From NCBI RefSeq assembly GCF_009914755.1, contig NC_060936.1: a stretch of DNA of 64,000 nt. One strand, 5' to 3'. Shown one piece after another: positions 41,685 to 58,852 of this stretch. The position numbers and the translations under genes were made by a program. Below the pieces are notes generated by a model, which did no database searches, was not told the DNA's origin, and was given only the letters and a program-made list of their open reading frames with translations. Numbering within the stretch: the first letter of the stretch is position 1; each line of letters opens with the position of its first letter. The stretch comes from the human T2T-CHM13v2.0 reference genome, Homo sapiens.

Positions 41685-42185
41685 TGTAGCATCTCAGGTG
41701 GCCTCTAAACTTGAGACCCCTTTCTGAACAGGCCAAAAGACTCAGAAGAGTCTTTACCCTAGCTTTGAATTAAATAGTATGGTCTGGCCTAAGACAAATC
41801 AGAACATTACAGTGCAGAAGATGGGTTCAATTCTGAGATGGGCACAGATCTAGAGAGCCATCCAAATGAGAGACTTCAGCTAGAAATGCTGGTATAGAGG
41901 CAGATTCTTGTTGAACTGGAATCTAATAGATATAAGGTTCAGAGCTGCAGGTCATCAGAAGAGAAAAGCGATTTGAGCATGGACCTTACCCAGAGAAAGT
42001 GGAACCAAGAGAAAGAAAGAGGAAGATGTTGTGATGACCTCATGTGAACCACTGGATCAAGCCATACGTGAAGCCAGACATTCCTAAACATTTTAGTTAC
42101 GTGAGCTACTACAACTCCTTGTTTTTGTTTTTTTTCTTTCCTAACTCTGTTTTATCATGTGAAACCCAAAGAGTTCTAATTATAG
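41685..42185 (+). mobile_element. Old MLT1 (I/J-like) LTR
   Basis: actggatcaagccatacgtgaagccaga...ttttagttacgtgagc...aacccaaagagttctaat. Confidence 0.6.
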
Positions 42186-42834
42186 TGTGTGTATGTGTAG
42201 GGGGAATAGGCTCTTTAAAAAACAAAAGCAAAAACAAAAAACAAAAACTAATACAGCTAGTCATCTTTAAAAATACACATAGACACGTTCCACATATGTT
42301 TTCAGGGGTTTCATCTTGCATCTTTCTAGTGAGGAATCTTGCCCTTCACTGTTTTTCCTGCCTAACCCAGAGTCTTAAGACAGCAGTACCTTTATGATTG
42401 CATATAGGATTATACTCCAGGGTTCCTTCTGAGCTGATGGCTCACTTCTTTGGAAAAGAATCATTGTCTCTGAATATGCCCCTACCTACCCTGCCTGATA
42501 AAATGTTGCTTGTGCATAGCTAGGACTGAGACATATTGTGAGTACGTTTTAATGAAATACATATTTTTCAAAATATGTTAAAGCTTATTTGGGCTCTTAT
42601 TTCTTAACTGAAACATTAACGTTTGTAAAGTAACAAAGAATTTAGGAGAGCAACTCTTATATGTCCAAAAGGCATTTGTGATCTGACAGAGTGGGTAAAC
42701 AGCATGGCAAGTGTCCTGGAGCTGAGATGCAAATTAGCAGTCCCTTGGGCAACGTTTTCCAAGTGTCAGGAATGTTGAGGCAATGGGAATGCCTGGACTA
42801 AACATGGCATTAAATACTTTGTGTAATATAGTGA

Positions 42835-43228
<394 letters not shown>

Positions 43229-43389
43229 GCTTCTGTTTCTTATTGCAAACATGATTGATATATTTTATTTATATTAAGTGATGCCACCTCCCTATTTATG
43301 ATAGATTTGTAAACGTCACTTTGTAAATAAGTATATTTAAGTTTTCTTCTGTGATTGTGTTCAAATCCAAGGTTTAAGTAAACAATAAT

Positions 43390-43792
43390 ACATGGATATC
43401 AGACAGGCATCAACCGGTAGGAGATAGACATTTAAAAAAATTATTGCAAAGAACTGGCTTTCATAACTCTGAGGGCAGCTAAGCAAATCTGAAATCCTCA
43501 AGGCAGGGCCTCAGGAAGTGTAGGCTGAAACTCTCAGGCATGGGAGAAGCTCCTGTTCACAAGTGGAATTTATTTGCTTAGGGAAGTCTTAGCCCTGATC
43601 TTAATATCTTTCAGCTGATTGGATCTGTCCCTCCTAGATTATCTATAATAATCACACTTACTTAAAGTCAACTGATGTTTGGATTATAGTCACACCTACG
43701 AAGAACCTTTATAGCAACTCCTAGATTAACATTTGTTTGCATGGCCAGGGAAGATAGCTTTACCAAGTGTACGCACCCAAAATGTCATCACA
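43390..43792 (-). mobile_element. MLT2-family LTR fragment
   Basis: agcaaatctgaaatcc...ctgattggat...tacttaaagtcaactgat...catcaca. Confidence 0.7.
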
Positions 43793-44144
43793 CCTTGTGA
43801 TACAAAAATATGCTCAAATATCTTAACAGTGTTTTTGAATGACAGATTTAAAAACAATGACTTAGCCTAGTTAGGGGAGGTGAAGAAAAAAGATATGTCC
43901 AAGGTTACCTAGAAAGTTAGTGGTTATTTAACATAGTCAGAACTAGAATGAAATCCTCATGATTCCTGGTCATTTCTTTTAATACATGGTGTATTGTTAA
44001 TTCCAGCATTAAGGAGAGAGGCTGGACAAACACCAGCCAAGGGGTGGAAAATCCTACCAATAGGTTATTGAAGATACAACATCTACTTAAATGTGCTTTT
44101 TGAAAATGAATAGAATCTCAGTTATTTTGTTTTGCATTAAAAAT

Positions 44145-46376
<2,232 letters not shown>

Positions 46377-46783
46377 TATTGCCTATCAGAAATACTTGTC
46401 TCATTTCCCAAGAACACTAAAGAGACCTAGAGCATCCCTAAAACCAGTTCTAAATCATATTTCCAGGAAGATGAGGTGGACATAAGAACTCAGGGCAGCT
46501 GCAGGAAAGTTGGAAGGCAGCTAAGAACCCTGGTCTACCCATGGAAGAGAATTCATGGAACACAATCTATAGCTCCCAATATTAACCAGCTGTGTCCAAC
46601 TGCAGAACAAGAAAAATTACTAACACTATTAATAAAACCTCTCCCAAGTCTTATGTAAAAAATACTTTTTACCTGAGATTGTGCAAAGGTAACAAAACCA
46701 TGGTCAACAGCCTGAATCAATCTACAGCTTTATTTTCTTGGTCCATGCTATTTTTTTTTTTTAACTTTAGTTACCTCAGTGGC

Positions 46784-47140
46784 TGTAAAGTAGATGGATG
46801 TACTTTGGTCAAGAATAGGCCAAGACAGACATCCAAACCAGTGTGACTCAGTGAGTTTGGAGCGCAGGTGCACAGCTCCACTTATCCAGCAAGTGCTCCA
46901 GGGAATGCAGCTGTAAGCGTGGGAGTGGCAGCAGCTGCAGGTCGTCTGTGAAGAGGGGCTGCAGCCAGAGCCGGCAGCCGAGATAAAGGTGGACAGCGTG
47001 AGACGGTTGCTAAATAAAACCACATTTCACCTGCCCGTGGCCCCCTGAGTGTTCTTCCAGCTATCTGCTACTCATCCACCCGCTCCCCTCAGACCTTGGC
47101 ATGGGCTGGAAGACTGAGGAATCTGACACTTGGTGTGACG
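46784..47140 (+). mobile_element. Solo LTR (LTR47-like)
   Basis: tgtaaagtagatggatgtactttggtcaagaataggcc...tgactcagtgagtttggagcgcagg; aataaa at about 47013; perfect 5-bp TSD gtggc. Confidence 0.8.
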
Positions 47141-48560
47141 GTGGCAAAGACGACAAAATTGGAAACTCTCATCTAATCTGCATATTTAGAGTTTCTTGGA
47201 ACTGGAAGATCTATTCCCACATCAGAGCCACCAGCTGGGGCTAAGTGGTCAGTGCCTTTAGATGTTTGGCAATCTACACCTGGAGCTCTTATTTAAATTT
47301 TTGGGCTGGTCTCTCTGTGTATGTGAATTGGAGACCCCAGTAGAAGGAGAAGGCATGCAATAATGACTTGTTACTCCTCCTTCAATCCTTCAGATTCATG
47401 AAGCCCTTGCAGGGCTCAGCTCTGGCTAATGATTCATGCTATCATTGGACTCCCCACCTGACCACAGCATCAGCAGGGCAATGAGCCAGCTTTCCTTGGA
47501 TGTGCTCTTCCTCTTTCCTTGTCTGAAACACCCTGGCAGACCATTGCTTCTTTCAGAAAACTTCTGACTTGAATTTTACCACTTTCCTTAAAAACTGACT
47601 CCCTGTTGTTCTACTTGGGTGAGCCTAATACAATTTCTAAGAATATCTGTAAAGTTAATTCATTTCTGTCACCTTGTATTTTGAACCAAGCCAAAAAACT
47701 GTACTAATCTTTAATTTATAACAAACCAGTGGTGCATGAATTTCACTAAATCATATGGGACTAAAGACAGACTTTGTTTTTATCCCAAGATGTATTTGGT
47801 GAAACCCACTTCATTTCATATTTGTGCAGTGAGTTGAATAAAACTAGCTACTCTGTGTGCTACCGGAGGCATTAAATATATACCCAGCTTTTTCAACCTT
47901 CAACTTTTTCCTAATTCTTATCTGAGAAAAATTTTCTTCTGTCAAAAAGAAATATTTAGATCAGGTAATTTCTACCTGAAAAATGGATGGATTACAACTT
48001 CTTTTATCTTGTTAAGCAATTGCACACAGTTTACATACAGTAATAGTTCTGTCCACAAAACCAAGTGACAGCAGAATAATGGGAATTATAATTATTACTA
48101 CGAAATGTTAGGTATCTTAGTGAGAAAAATTCACTTCACTTAAGGTGATTTGTTTCGTGAGCAAATTGCCCTGTTTATAAAGAAAGAATTTTGGACCACA
48201 GTAGGCTGAAGTTTCAGTATTTCAATCAATGTATTTTACTATTGCAACTCGGGAAGAAGATGACAGTGGAGGTGAATTTCTAGCCAATCAAATTTTTGGT
48301 GATGAGAAATAGATTTTGCTCCCACTCTTGTGTCCACTTTCCCTAGGGAATAACCTCCTGTGGTTTGTCCTCTGTAACTGGAAGCACAGAAATGAGGCAT
48401 AAAGTTGAACAACACAGGAAGCAGGATGTCTCTGAAGTCCACGCAATACACTCAGGAGCCCACAGTGTTTGCTAAACTCCATTTCTGACCAAAATACAAG
48501 AAGTCAGTGACAGCCCTCAAGTAACTCTATGATGAGCCCTCAGTCCACGTGCCCCGTGTT

Positions 48561-48756
48561 CAAGGTTGCCAGATAAAATATAGAACAAAGGATGCAATTT
48601 GGGATATACTTATCCTAAAAAAAATAGACTGGCCAGGTAAGATACAGGATAGGCTGCAATTTAGGACACAATTATGCTAAAAATCTTCATTGCTTATCTG
48701 AAATTCAAATTGAACTGTGCATTCTGTATTTTCATCTACTAAATCTGACAGCCCTA
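48561..48756. mobile_element. MER53 hAT MITE (rearranged)
   Basis: ggttgccagataaaata...tatctgaaattcaaattgaactg...ctaaatctgacagcccta. Confidence 0.75.
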
Positions 48757-49049
48757 CCACTGTTAGCAGCCCATCACCCCTGCACCTCATTCTATTCTGG
48801 GAGGGTTTGTTTTAATGAAAAAGGAAACAGCAAATCCACATTCCGCAAATGGTGAATGTCAAAAGGGCTTGGGTTTCTCTTTGTGTGAGAAATAATAAAA
48901 ACTGGCTCCAGACACATCCTCAAACTCCTGGATCTGACATGTATGCATCAAGGACTGGCAGCCCTAAACCTTCGTGTTTGGAGAAATTTATAATTTAATT
49001 TTTATCACACAATTGTTTATAGTTAAGAATAAAGCCAAATATTGCATTT

Positions 49050-49345
49050 GGTGTGTATGTGTGTATATGTGTGTTGAATATGTGTATATATGTGTATGAG
49101 TGGGTATGTATTTTTCTATGTGTGCATATTTGTGTGTGTGTGCATGTGGGAATGTATACATGTGTAAATGTGCATGTGTATATATGTGTCTCTGTGTGCA
49201 TGTGCTTATGGACATGTGTGTATATGTAAGTGCATGGTGTGTGTATATATATGTGAATATATACATGTGTATATGATTTTGTGTAGTGTGTGTTGGTATG
49301 TGTGTACGTTTTTTCTGTATTTGTATGTGCATATTTGTGTGTGCA

Positions 49346-49382
<37 letters not shown>

Positions 49383-49386
49383 TGTA
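49050..49386. repeat. (TG)/(TA) alternating purine-pyrimidine low-complexity tract
   Basis: About 335 bp of degenerate tgtg/tata ending in a pure (TG)n run. Confidence 0.95.
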
Positions 49387-49752
49387 GCATAGTGGTTATG
49401 AATGAGGGTTTAGAGCCAGCTTGCCCTGGGGTAAAATCCCTTTTGCCCTCACCATCTATATGACCTATAGCAGCCACTTCACATTTTTCTGCTTGGATTA
49501 TCTCGTGTGTTGAAGAGAGCTAATAATAGAAGCATATTGTGGGGTAATGAAAATATTTAATAAGTTAATAGAGCTCATGTATATAAAGCATTTAGAATAG
49601 TACCAGTTACATAATAAATCCTCTGTACTTGTTGGTTATTACTATTGCTGCTGCTGTTATAATTGGCAATATCGAGTTCAAGTGAATTTTTCCCCTGGAA
49701 ATCGGTTAACCACTGTGTGCCTCAGATTCTTCAACTAAACCTTGGGGATAAG

Positions 49753-50135
49753 GTGTTAAGCCATTCTTGCATTGCTATAAAGAAATACCTGAGAATGGGT
49801 AATTTATGAAGAAAAGAGGTTTAATTGGCTCACGGCTCTGCAGGCTGTACGGGAAGCATGGCACTGCCATCTGCTCAGGTTCTGGAGAGGCCTTCAGGCT
49901 TTTACTCATGGCAAAGTGGGAGCAGACGCTTCACATCATAAAATCAAGTGAAAGATCTTTTGTGATCTTGTGTGAACAAGATCTTGTGTGAATTGAACTC
50001 ACTCATTATCAAGGGGATGGCCCTAACCCATTCATGAGGGGTCCAACCCCACGACCCAAACACCTCCCACCAGGCCACCTCCAACACTGAGGATTACATT
50101 TCAACATGAGATCTGGTGGGGACACAGTACTATCA
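49753..50135 (-). mobile_element. MST (MaLR) LTR nested in MIR
   Basis: cattcttgcattgctataaagaaatacctgaga...ggattacatttcaacatgagatctggtggggac. Confidence 0.85.
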
Positions 50136-51231
50136 GTTAATGATAGTACTTACCTCAGTTAGTGATAGTGCTTACCTCCGAGAGCTGCTAGGGAGAGGAA
50201 ATGAATTAATTCCCATAAAGTATTTGGAGAGACAATGGAAGATACTGGGTAAGAATGAGGACTTTGCAGCCAGAGGCCTAACTAAGTGTGACTCCTACCT
50301 TCACCAGCCATTAGAGATGTGATCTTGGGTTGTGACTCTCTCAGCTTCTCTAAGCGTCAAAACTCCTTATCTCTGAATTGGGGAAGTGAGAGCACCCGTA
50401 TTTCATGGAGTCATGGTGGGAGTGAAATGTAAGGCATGCAAACGGTGAGGGACAGTGCACAGAAGTGGTTAGTTTTTGATGTGGCTATTTGGATATTACT
50501 GAAGCGGTTGACAGCACTCTTTCCCACCATCCCTTTCTTGGGTCATGGCCCTTCCTATTCCTTCTACTAATCCACACAGTGTGAAAAGCAAACTGTGCAA
50601 TGTCTTACCTAAGATCTCCTGACTCCTCCTCTAGCATGTTTTACTCTGGGCCCTTGACAAGCATTACCCTGCTCATCTGTGGCCATGTGAGAGCAGGAAA
50701 CTGCTCTTCTGTTTAAAAGAAGCTTTGTCCGTTCAGTGTGCTGTGTGTGACATGATTCATATTTAACACTGAAATAAGAGGTTTATTGTTTGTGAAAGAT
50801 CCCAATGGGGTATTGCTCTGAAAATATGTTTCTAATCATGGTTGATACGACTCCACCCTGGGCTAGGCAGCATAGCATCTTCTTCAATGAAGAGTGCAGG
50901 TTTTAGGGACAGACTGCCTGGGTTGATATCCAGCTTCCATCATTTGCAAGCTATGCTCTTCATGTGTATTTCTTCATCCCTGAATCCTCTGTTTTCACAA
51001 TGAATATCTTAAATAATTGCATACCCTTCAAACAATAATTGAGCTTTAAATGGATGAATAAATATCATACATCAGTGCCTAGGGTAGGATAAATGGTCAC
51101 TGAAATAAAGCAACACTCCTTATAAAATGGCTGAGTGTTAAGTGGACTTATTGTGTTCAAATACTTTGTTTAATAAGTGGCTAAAATTGGACATGGAGTA
51201 AAAATTACTTAAAATTGCAATTAAAGTTGCA

Positions 51232-52990
51232 ATGAGGAGGTTCTATTTCAGCCAAGATGTAATAACAGGAAATGGAATTACCCTCCCACCATAAACAACC
51301 CAAACCAAACAAAGCATATGAAACAGCTGTTTGCAAGACACTAGACATCAGGCAAAAGAGGATGTTGGCTCCTGAAAGATGAGAAAAAAGCAAAGCAGGC
51401 CCTACAATTGTCCAGCTTACTACAGGGATAGAGTTTCCAGTACATCACACAAAGAGGGTAACCAGACTCCTTTAGCTGAGGAGACAGAACCGAGGGTCTG
51501 AGAAGAGAAAGCAGGAGTTTGCAAGACAGAGTATGAGGGAGGATACAGCTGCACACGGAGAGAATTTTGAAGAACCGCAGTGGGAATCCCTTGAGTATCC
51601 AGTCCAGCACTGATCAGTGCATGCATGTGAAGAAACCATTTAAGGCTGGGGAAAGAAGCACCTAAAAAACCCTAGAGATAACAGCACCCAGCAATCACAT
51701 GATACTGGGAATAGTACCTGTTCCCACCAGCCACACGGGAAAACCTCATCATTAATTAGTTATTGGGTAGGGTACTCAGAAGGATCTTGCTTCATTAATA
51801 GGTATTAATTCATCATAGACTAAGTGCTATAGCAGTCTTACCATACAAACCTTAAAAGTAAGACCTGATAGGATTAAATTATGTCCAAACAACTTAACTG
51901 CATCCCACAACAATGCTCAAGAAAATTTATAAAAATGCGAAAATATTCAGCAGCCAAGAAGTAGAAGTCATAATATCTGACATCCAATCAGAAATTATTA
52001 GAGTTTTGGAAGCAGAAAAATACAACCCATAATAAAGATAAAAAAATCAATCAATTGAGACAGATCCAGAATAGACACACAAAATAGAATTGGCAGAAAA
52101 GTATAGAAAAAGCAGTTATTATAAGTGTAATCCAATTTTCAAAAATTAGGGAAAGGCATAGAAGATATGAAAAAGAACCAAATCAAATTTCTGGAAATGA
52201 ATATTACAGCGTGTGAGATAAAAAAGACACTGGATGGAAACAATGGCACATTAGACATTGCAGAACAAAAAAAATAGTAAACTTGAAGAAACAGCCATTG
52301 AATGATCCAAAATGAAACATAGAAGAAAAAGAACTTTACAAATATAAACAGCACATCTGTGGTCTGTGGAAAAACTTTAAGAAGTCTTATATACATATAT
52401 TAGAAGTCCCTAAAAGAAAGAGAAAGAAGAGGGAAGAGAAACATTTTAGGAAATAGTGGCCAAGATAATCTCACAGATTTTAGAAATCCAATAAGCCTGA
52501 TAGCAAAGAAAAAGGAGGAAGAAGAAGAAGAAAAAGAAAAGAATGAAACTGAAGAAAATGATACCAAGGCACATCATACATTATTATTATACATTATTGA
52601 TTGGTCAAATCAAAAATAAGATATTAAAAGACCTAGGAAAAAAGGCATGTTAGGTGAATATGTTAAGTTCTAAGGAACAAAGTTGAGTATGATTTCTCAT
52701 GGGAATTAACACAAGTCAAGAGACAGTAAGGCAGTATCTTTCAAGTATTGAAATATCAGGACTGTCAACCTAGAATTACATACCTAGCAAAAATGTCTTT
52801 CAGAAATAGTAAACGTGAAATAAAGACTTTTTCAGACATACAAAAGCTGAAACAATTCACCACCAGCAGTCTTGCACTACAGGAAACATTTTAGGATGTC
52901 CCTCTGGCAGAAAGTGAACAACAACAAATAGAGATATGGATTTACACTGAATGAAACACACATCATATGGTAAATTACACGGGTTTAGAG
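51232..52990 (+). mobile_element. Old L1M 5' UTR/ORF1 remnant
   Basis: ttcagccaagatgtaataacagg start; ORF1-like aacctagaattacatacctagcaaaaatgtctttc and aaagactttttcagacatacaaaagctga. Confidence 0.75.
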
Positions 52991-53390
52991 GGGAAAGTCC
53001 ACTCGGAAATGAGACATTTGGAAGAAATTTAGAAGCAGCAGTTTTATAAAAGCAGAAATGGGAGCTTGCTCTTCTCTAAGTTGGTAGCAGGAGGGGAATC
53101 ACCTTATGAGAATCTTCTGACCTGGTCTCCTAGCAATGTGGTCTTCAGCATCCTTGGAAACAGCCAGGAAGAAGTGACTAGACTCCCAAGACAGCCAGGT
53201 TTGGGGGCAGATTTTGATGAGAACAGCAAAATGAGGACAACAAGGACTCCTCTCCCACTGCAGGGGCTTGGTGGCTCAGGTGTTGAGCTCGTGGGACATC
53301 ACTTCTGTGCCGCAGCAATCGCGGAGGCTCAGCCTCCCTCCTTCAGAGTTGTTCCTCCCCCTTCCATCCCCCATGAAGTTTCTCAGCTTT

Positions 53391-53460
53391 TGAGCACTTG
53401 CACTGTGCCAGGCAATGAGGTGAGCACTTGCATTGTGCCAGGCACTTAGGTAAGCACTTT
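53391..53460 (+). repeat. 30-bp tandem repeat at the start of a MIR
   Basis: tgagcacttgcactgtgccaggcaatgagg / tgagcacttgcattgtgccaggcacttagg / taagcactt. Confidence 0.85.
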
Positions 53461-54790
53461 ATAATTACATTTTTACTTCTGATATTTTCTTTTTAATGGT
53501 GTTTTTAGACCCAGAACTGAAGGGAAACACCTTGCCTGAGGTAACCCAGTTGGTGGGGGGCAGACCGAGAGGAGTCCTTGTGGTCTATCCCGACCCCACG
53601 CTCCTCTTTGCTGCCAGACTGTGGGGCTGGGCAGGGGGTTCCCAGAGTCATCACCGCTTTTCAGTGGTCTGAGACAGAGTGGGATAGAGGAGGTTGGGAC
53701 TGGGGTCACCTGCCTGTCTGTCCCCAGATGCCTACCCTGGCTTCCTTTGGTCTTGCATCCTCCTGAGAATCCTGAGAGGCCCAGGGCTGCACCACATGTT
53801 CAGGGCTTTTTTCTTTCCTCTGGGCCAACACGCTGCAAGGAGAATGCCTATTCCCTTCCGTATTCCTCCCCCAACCCCCTGTTTCCTACTCTTGTGAGGC
53901 TTACTCTGAGGAGAAAGACATCTTGCATGTGTCCAGCACTACTTAACATGATGCATTGGTGAGCACACAAGTGGGATGTGACAGAAGAGGGTGCTTTGTG
54001 AACAAGACCTCTTTCAGATCCTCCTGCCTCCTGTGACCACCCCCATCCCCATCCCATGCGACACTAACCCAAACCTATGTTCTCTGCAATAGAACATACC
54101 TATGTTCTCATTCTCATCTCTGGGCAGCCTGGGGTCCTTGTCCCTGGCTGAAGACTAAAGAGGACTGAAGGAATGGAGGCCAGGGCCAGAGCTGCTTCTT
54201 CCTTGGAAGCAGCATTTTTCCTGGGCCCAAGCAAGAGTCCCTGTGGCCTTGCAGGGCTCTTAAGGGAAGCATCTTCTGGGTTCCCACAAGGGCGTGACTA
54301 ATTCCTCATCCTTTCTCCCCACCAACAAAAAATGGAGCAGAGAATAATTTTCAGTTCCCTGCAGTGGCCTCTAGGAGTGACTGCTGTATCCTCTCTGGGG
54401 ACATCTGAGCTGGGATGGAAAGTCCTGTGACTGAACAGGAGCCCTGACCCTGGGGGTCTCACACCCCTCAGTCAAGGGGAAACACATCTCTTGGCTTGGT
54501 GGCAACCATAGCCATGGCTTGCTTCCATTCATTCATACCTTAGGTTAAACCCCATGGCTCTCTACCAGGTCCTGAGCTTCAACTTCTCTTCATATGTCCA
54601 TCCTCTCTGTCTTTAGAGTCTTCTCTCTCCACCTCAACTCTTCTTTACCCTCCTTTCTCCATTTTTGTGTCTGCTCCTCTTTCCTCATCTTCCTGGTTCT
54701 CTTTCACTCTAATCTCCTTGCCATGTCACATAAGAGGACTTTGATTATCTTCCTCCATGCCTGTCCCGTCACTGAAAACACTATACCTGA

Positions 54791-55746
54791 TCTTTTTTTC
54801 ATATGATTGGTGGCTACATGTATGTGTTCTTTTGAAAAGAAGACATGTCCTTTGCTCACTCTTTATGGAGTTGTTGCTTTTTTTCTTGTACATTTGTTTA
54901 AGTTCCTTACAGATGCGAATATTAGACCTTTGTCAGATGCATAGTTTGCAAAAATTGTCTTCCATTCTGTAGGTTGTCTGTTTACTTTGTTGATAGTTTA
55001 TTTTGTAGTGCAGGAGCTCTTTGAGATGCCATCACACACCTGTCAGAATGGCTATTACTAAAAAGTCAAAAAATAACAAATACTGGTGAGGTTGTGGAGA
55101 AAGAGGATCTCTTATACACTGTTGGTGGGAGTGTAAATTAGTTCCATCATTAAGGAAGACAGTGTGGCAATTCCTCAAAGACCTAAAGACAGAAATACCA
55201 TTCGAGCCAGGAGTCCCATTACTGGGTATATACCCAAAGGAATATAAATCATTCTATTACGAAGACACATGCACGCATATGTTCATTGCATCACTATTCA
55301 CAATAGCAGAGACATGGAATCAACCTAAATGCCCATCAGTGATAGAATGGATAAATAAAATGTGGGACATATACACCATGGAATACTATGCAGCCATAAA
55401 AAAGAGAACGAGATTGTGTCCTTTGCAGGAACATGGGTGGAGCTGGAGGCCATTATCCTGAGCAAACTAACACAGAAACAGAAAAACAAATACCGTATGC
55501 TCTCACTTATAAGTGGGAGCTAAATGATGAGAACACATGGACACATATAGGGGAACAACAGACACTGGGGCCTGTCGGAGGGTGGAGGGTGGGTAGAGGG
55601 AGAGGATCAAGAAAAATAACTAATGGGTAGTAGGCTTACTACCTGGGTGATGAAGTAATTTGTACAACAAAACCCCATGACACAAGTCCACTTATGTAAC
55701 AAACCTACACATGCACCCCTTAATTTAAAATAAAAGTTAAAAAAAA
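54791..55746 (+). mobile_element. Older L1PA/PB with 5' inversion (54791-55021 antisense, 55022-55746 sense)
   Basis: Perfect 17-bp TSD gaaaacactatacctga at 54774 and 55747; ORF2 C-terminal peptide TCTHMFIASLFTIAETWNQPKCP. Confidence 0.92.
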
Positions 55747-56644
55747 GAAAACACTATACCTGAAATCTGTTTCCCTTCATTCCCTTCTAGGAATGTCTAG
55801 ACAGCAGAGCTAACATGCCTCTTAATTGAGATGAAGGTGCACTTTGGGAATCTTGACTCCCAGGACAGGTTTCTTTCTCCTCCTCCATCTGAATTCAAGA
55901 CTCTTTACTATAATGTCATGACCATGTGTTGCGCTTTTCCTGGGTAAATATGATACCTGGCCCCAGGATACTTTGATGATAAAGATCTTGCAGTTTGGCA
56001 GGAAGAGACCCAGAGCAGAGGCCATGCATGGAGACAGACCTGGAAAACAAGACCTAGGCCCGAGGGAACCAACTCCTGGAGATCAAGATGCAACAGCTCA
56101 GACCTCTGGATAACACCAAGGGCAGATAACAACAGGAACAGAGCAGAGGCTGTGCTGGTGTCTGAGCTAAAGTAATACACCTACCTGTATCAGCGGCTTT
56201 GGCAATTTAGACTATGGTGGGCTCCACTTGGAGACTCTTAAATGAACAGCAGAACAGGACTCAGCTCAGAGAACTGAGACCTTGTGAGAGATACAGGGCA
56301 GAGAATCTAAGATCTGTAAAGCCTGTGTGCAGAGAGACCTGCTCAACTATGAGATATCTGGTTTTCCTAAGAAGCCTCCCAGAGAAAATAGGTACTGACA
56401 TTGGGCTGGGACTCTCATCCTCCCATTTGGATTATTCTTGGTGTCCCATGAATATTCAAAATAACTTTTCTGATATTGTGTATGGGAACAGGCAATTGAG
56501 CTTCCATTCAATTGAGCTTCTCAGCCACATCAACTTTCACACCTCCAATGCTATTATTAAAGCATTACTAAATGCTATAATAATTAGCATTTATCAACTG
56601 CCTAATAAATGCCACATTTAAAAAATGTATCTTAATTGTTTTAG

Positions 56645-57066
56645 GCTAATTCTTACAAGATCTCTATGAATTAAAGAATAATACCATCCCCATTTAGCAG
56701 ATGAGAAAATGCAGCAGGGAGCTGTGGGGGGCAGCAGGGAAACCTCTGCTTTATGTAGTCATTTGAAGACCTTGGTCTTTTTGCATTATAGCCCCATAAC
56801 ACACAGCTGCTATGGTCACCCTGGAATCTGGAATCTTGCAGAAGATCCTACTGCCAGGCTCACATCATTTTCATTGGTCAGAACCCAATCACATGATCTC
56901 AACCTAACTGCAAGGGATGCTGGGCAATGTAGTCCAGTCATGTGGCTAGCAGGAAAATGCAGGGGGCTTGGTGAAAATTTGCTCTAGGTCCCAGACTTGG
57001 CAAATGATACAAGATTTAACTCACACAGTCCGGCTTCCAAGCCCACACTCTTAACCACTGTACTCT
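56645..57066. mobile_element. MIR split by a ~250-bp copy of 58580-58831
   Basis: ccccatttagcagatgagaaaatg, then the insert, then gtgaaaatttgctctaggtc...cccacactcttaaccact. Confidence 0.75.
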
Positions 57067-57617
57067 GTAAGTTCTGATTATTGAAAATTTCATGTTAAAC
57101 AAAGTAATTTTGCTAGGATATTTCCCTAGTGACTCCTCTAGGATAGACAACATAAGGTTGGCTATCCTGTGGTGTTCACGCACGGCACATTTCCCTAAAA
57201 TCCGCATCTTCCACTGTTGCTGACTCCCTCTATTCTCAGCTTATATTTTCTTCTTATTCTGTATACTCATGGTTTTGTGGATACTCCTCTTCTAACATTG
57301 TCGTTTATCTCTCACCTAGTTTGAAGACTCTCAGGTGATTTTATTGTTCCTTTCAGAGCACAGTATGGGTGCCTCATCTCAAAGATACCATAGGATGATA
57401 GCTTACCAGGAGGCAGATGAAATGGAGAAAACATAGCTTATTTCTCTCTGAAAATGACAGCCTCCCACTGAGAAGGCTGCCCTCTATCTTGGCATGCCTT
57501 GTCTCATCTTGTATTAGTCCAGCTCTGCTCCTCAGTGATGACCCTTTCAGAAACATCCCCTCTCTAGGAGGTGTGGGTCCCTCATTATGGAACTATTAGG
57601 ACTTTGTGGGGCACACG

Positions 57618-58442
<825 letters not shown>

Positions 58443-58485
58443 CCACATGGGCACCGTTCTCTCTCCCCTCTATTTCTTGCTGCCT

Positions 58486-58852
58486 CTATTAGCCAGTCTT
58501 CTGACTGCTGTAACAACCCCCAAATGCCAGTGGTTTTCATCAATAAAGATTTATTTCTTCTTTGCATTACAATCCCAAGTGTGGCGGGTGGTGGCAAAAC
58601 CTCTGCTTTATGTAGTCATTTGAAGACCCTGGTCTTTCTGCATTATGACACATAACACACAGCTGCTATGGCCACCGTGGAATCTGGAATCTGGCAGAAA
58701 GTTCTACTGCCAGGCTCACATCATTTTTATTGGCCAGAGCCCAGTCACATGACCCCAACTTAACTGCAAGGGATGCTGGGCAATATAGTCCAGTAGTGTG
58801 GCTAGCAGGAAAATTAAAGGGGTTTGGTGAATCCATTGCTCCTGCCATCACC
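58486..58852 (-). mobile_element. Old MLT1 (J/K-like) LTR
   Basis: tattagccagtcttctgactgctgtaacaaccccc...ttggccagagcccagtcacatgaccccaacttaactgcaaggga. Confidence 0.75.

Noticed and set aside
48988-49477. His/Thr-rich and Val/Cys-rich ORFs
   Set aside because: They are translations of the (TG)n low-complexity tract.
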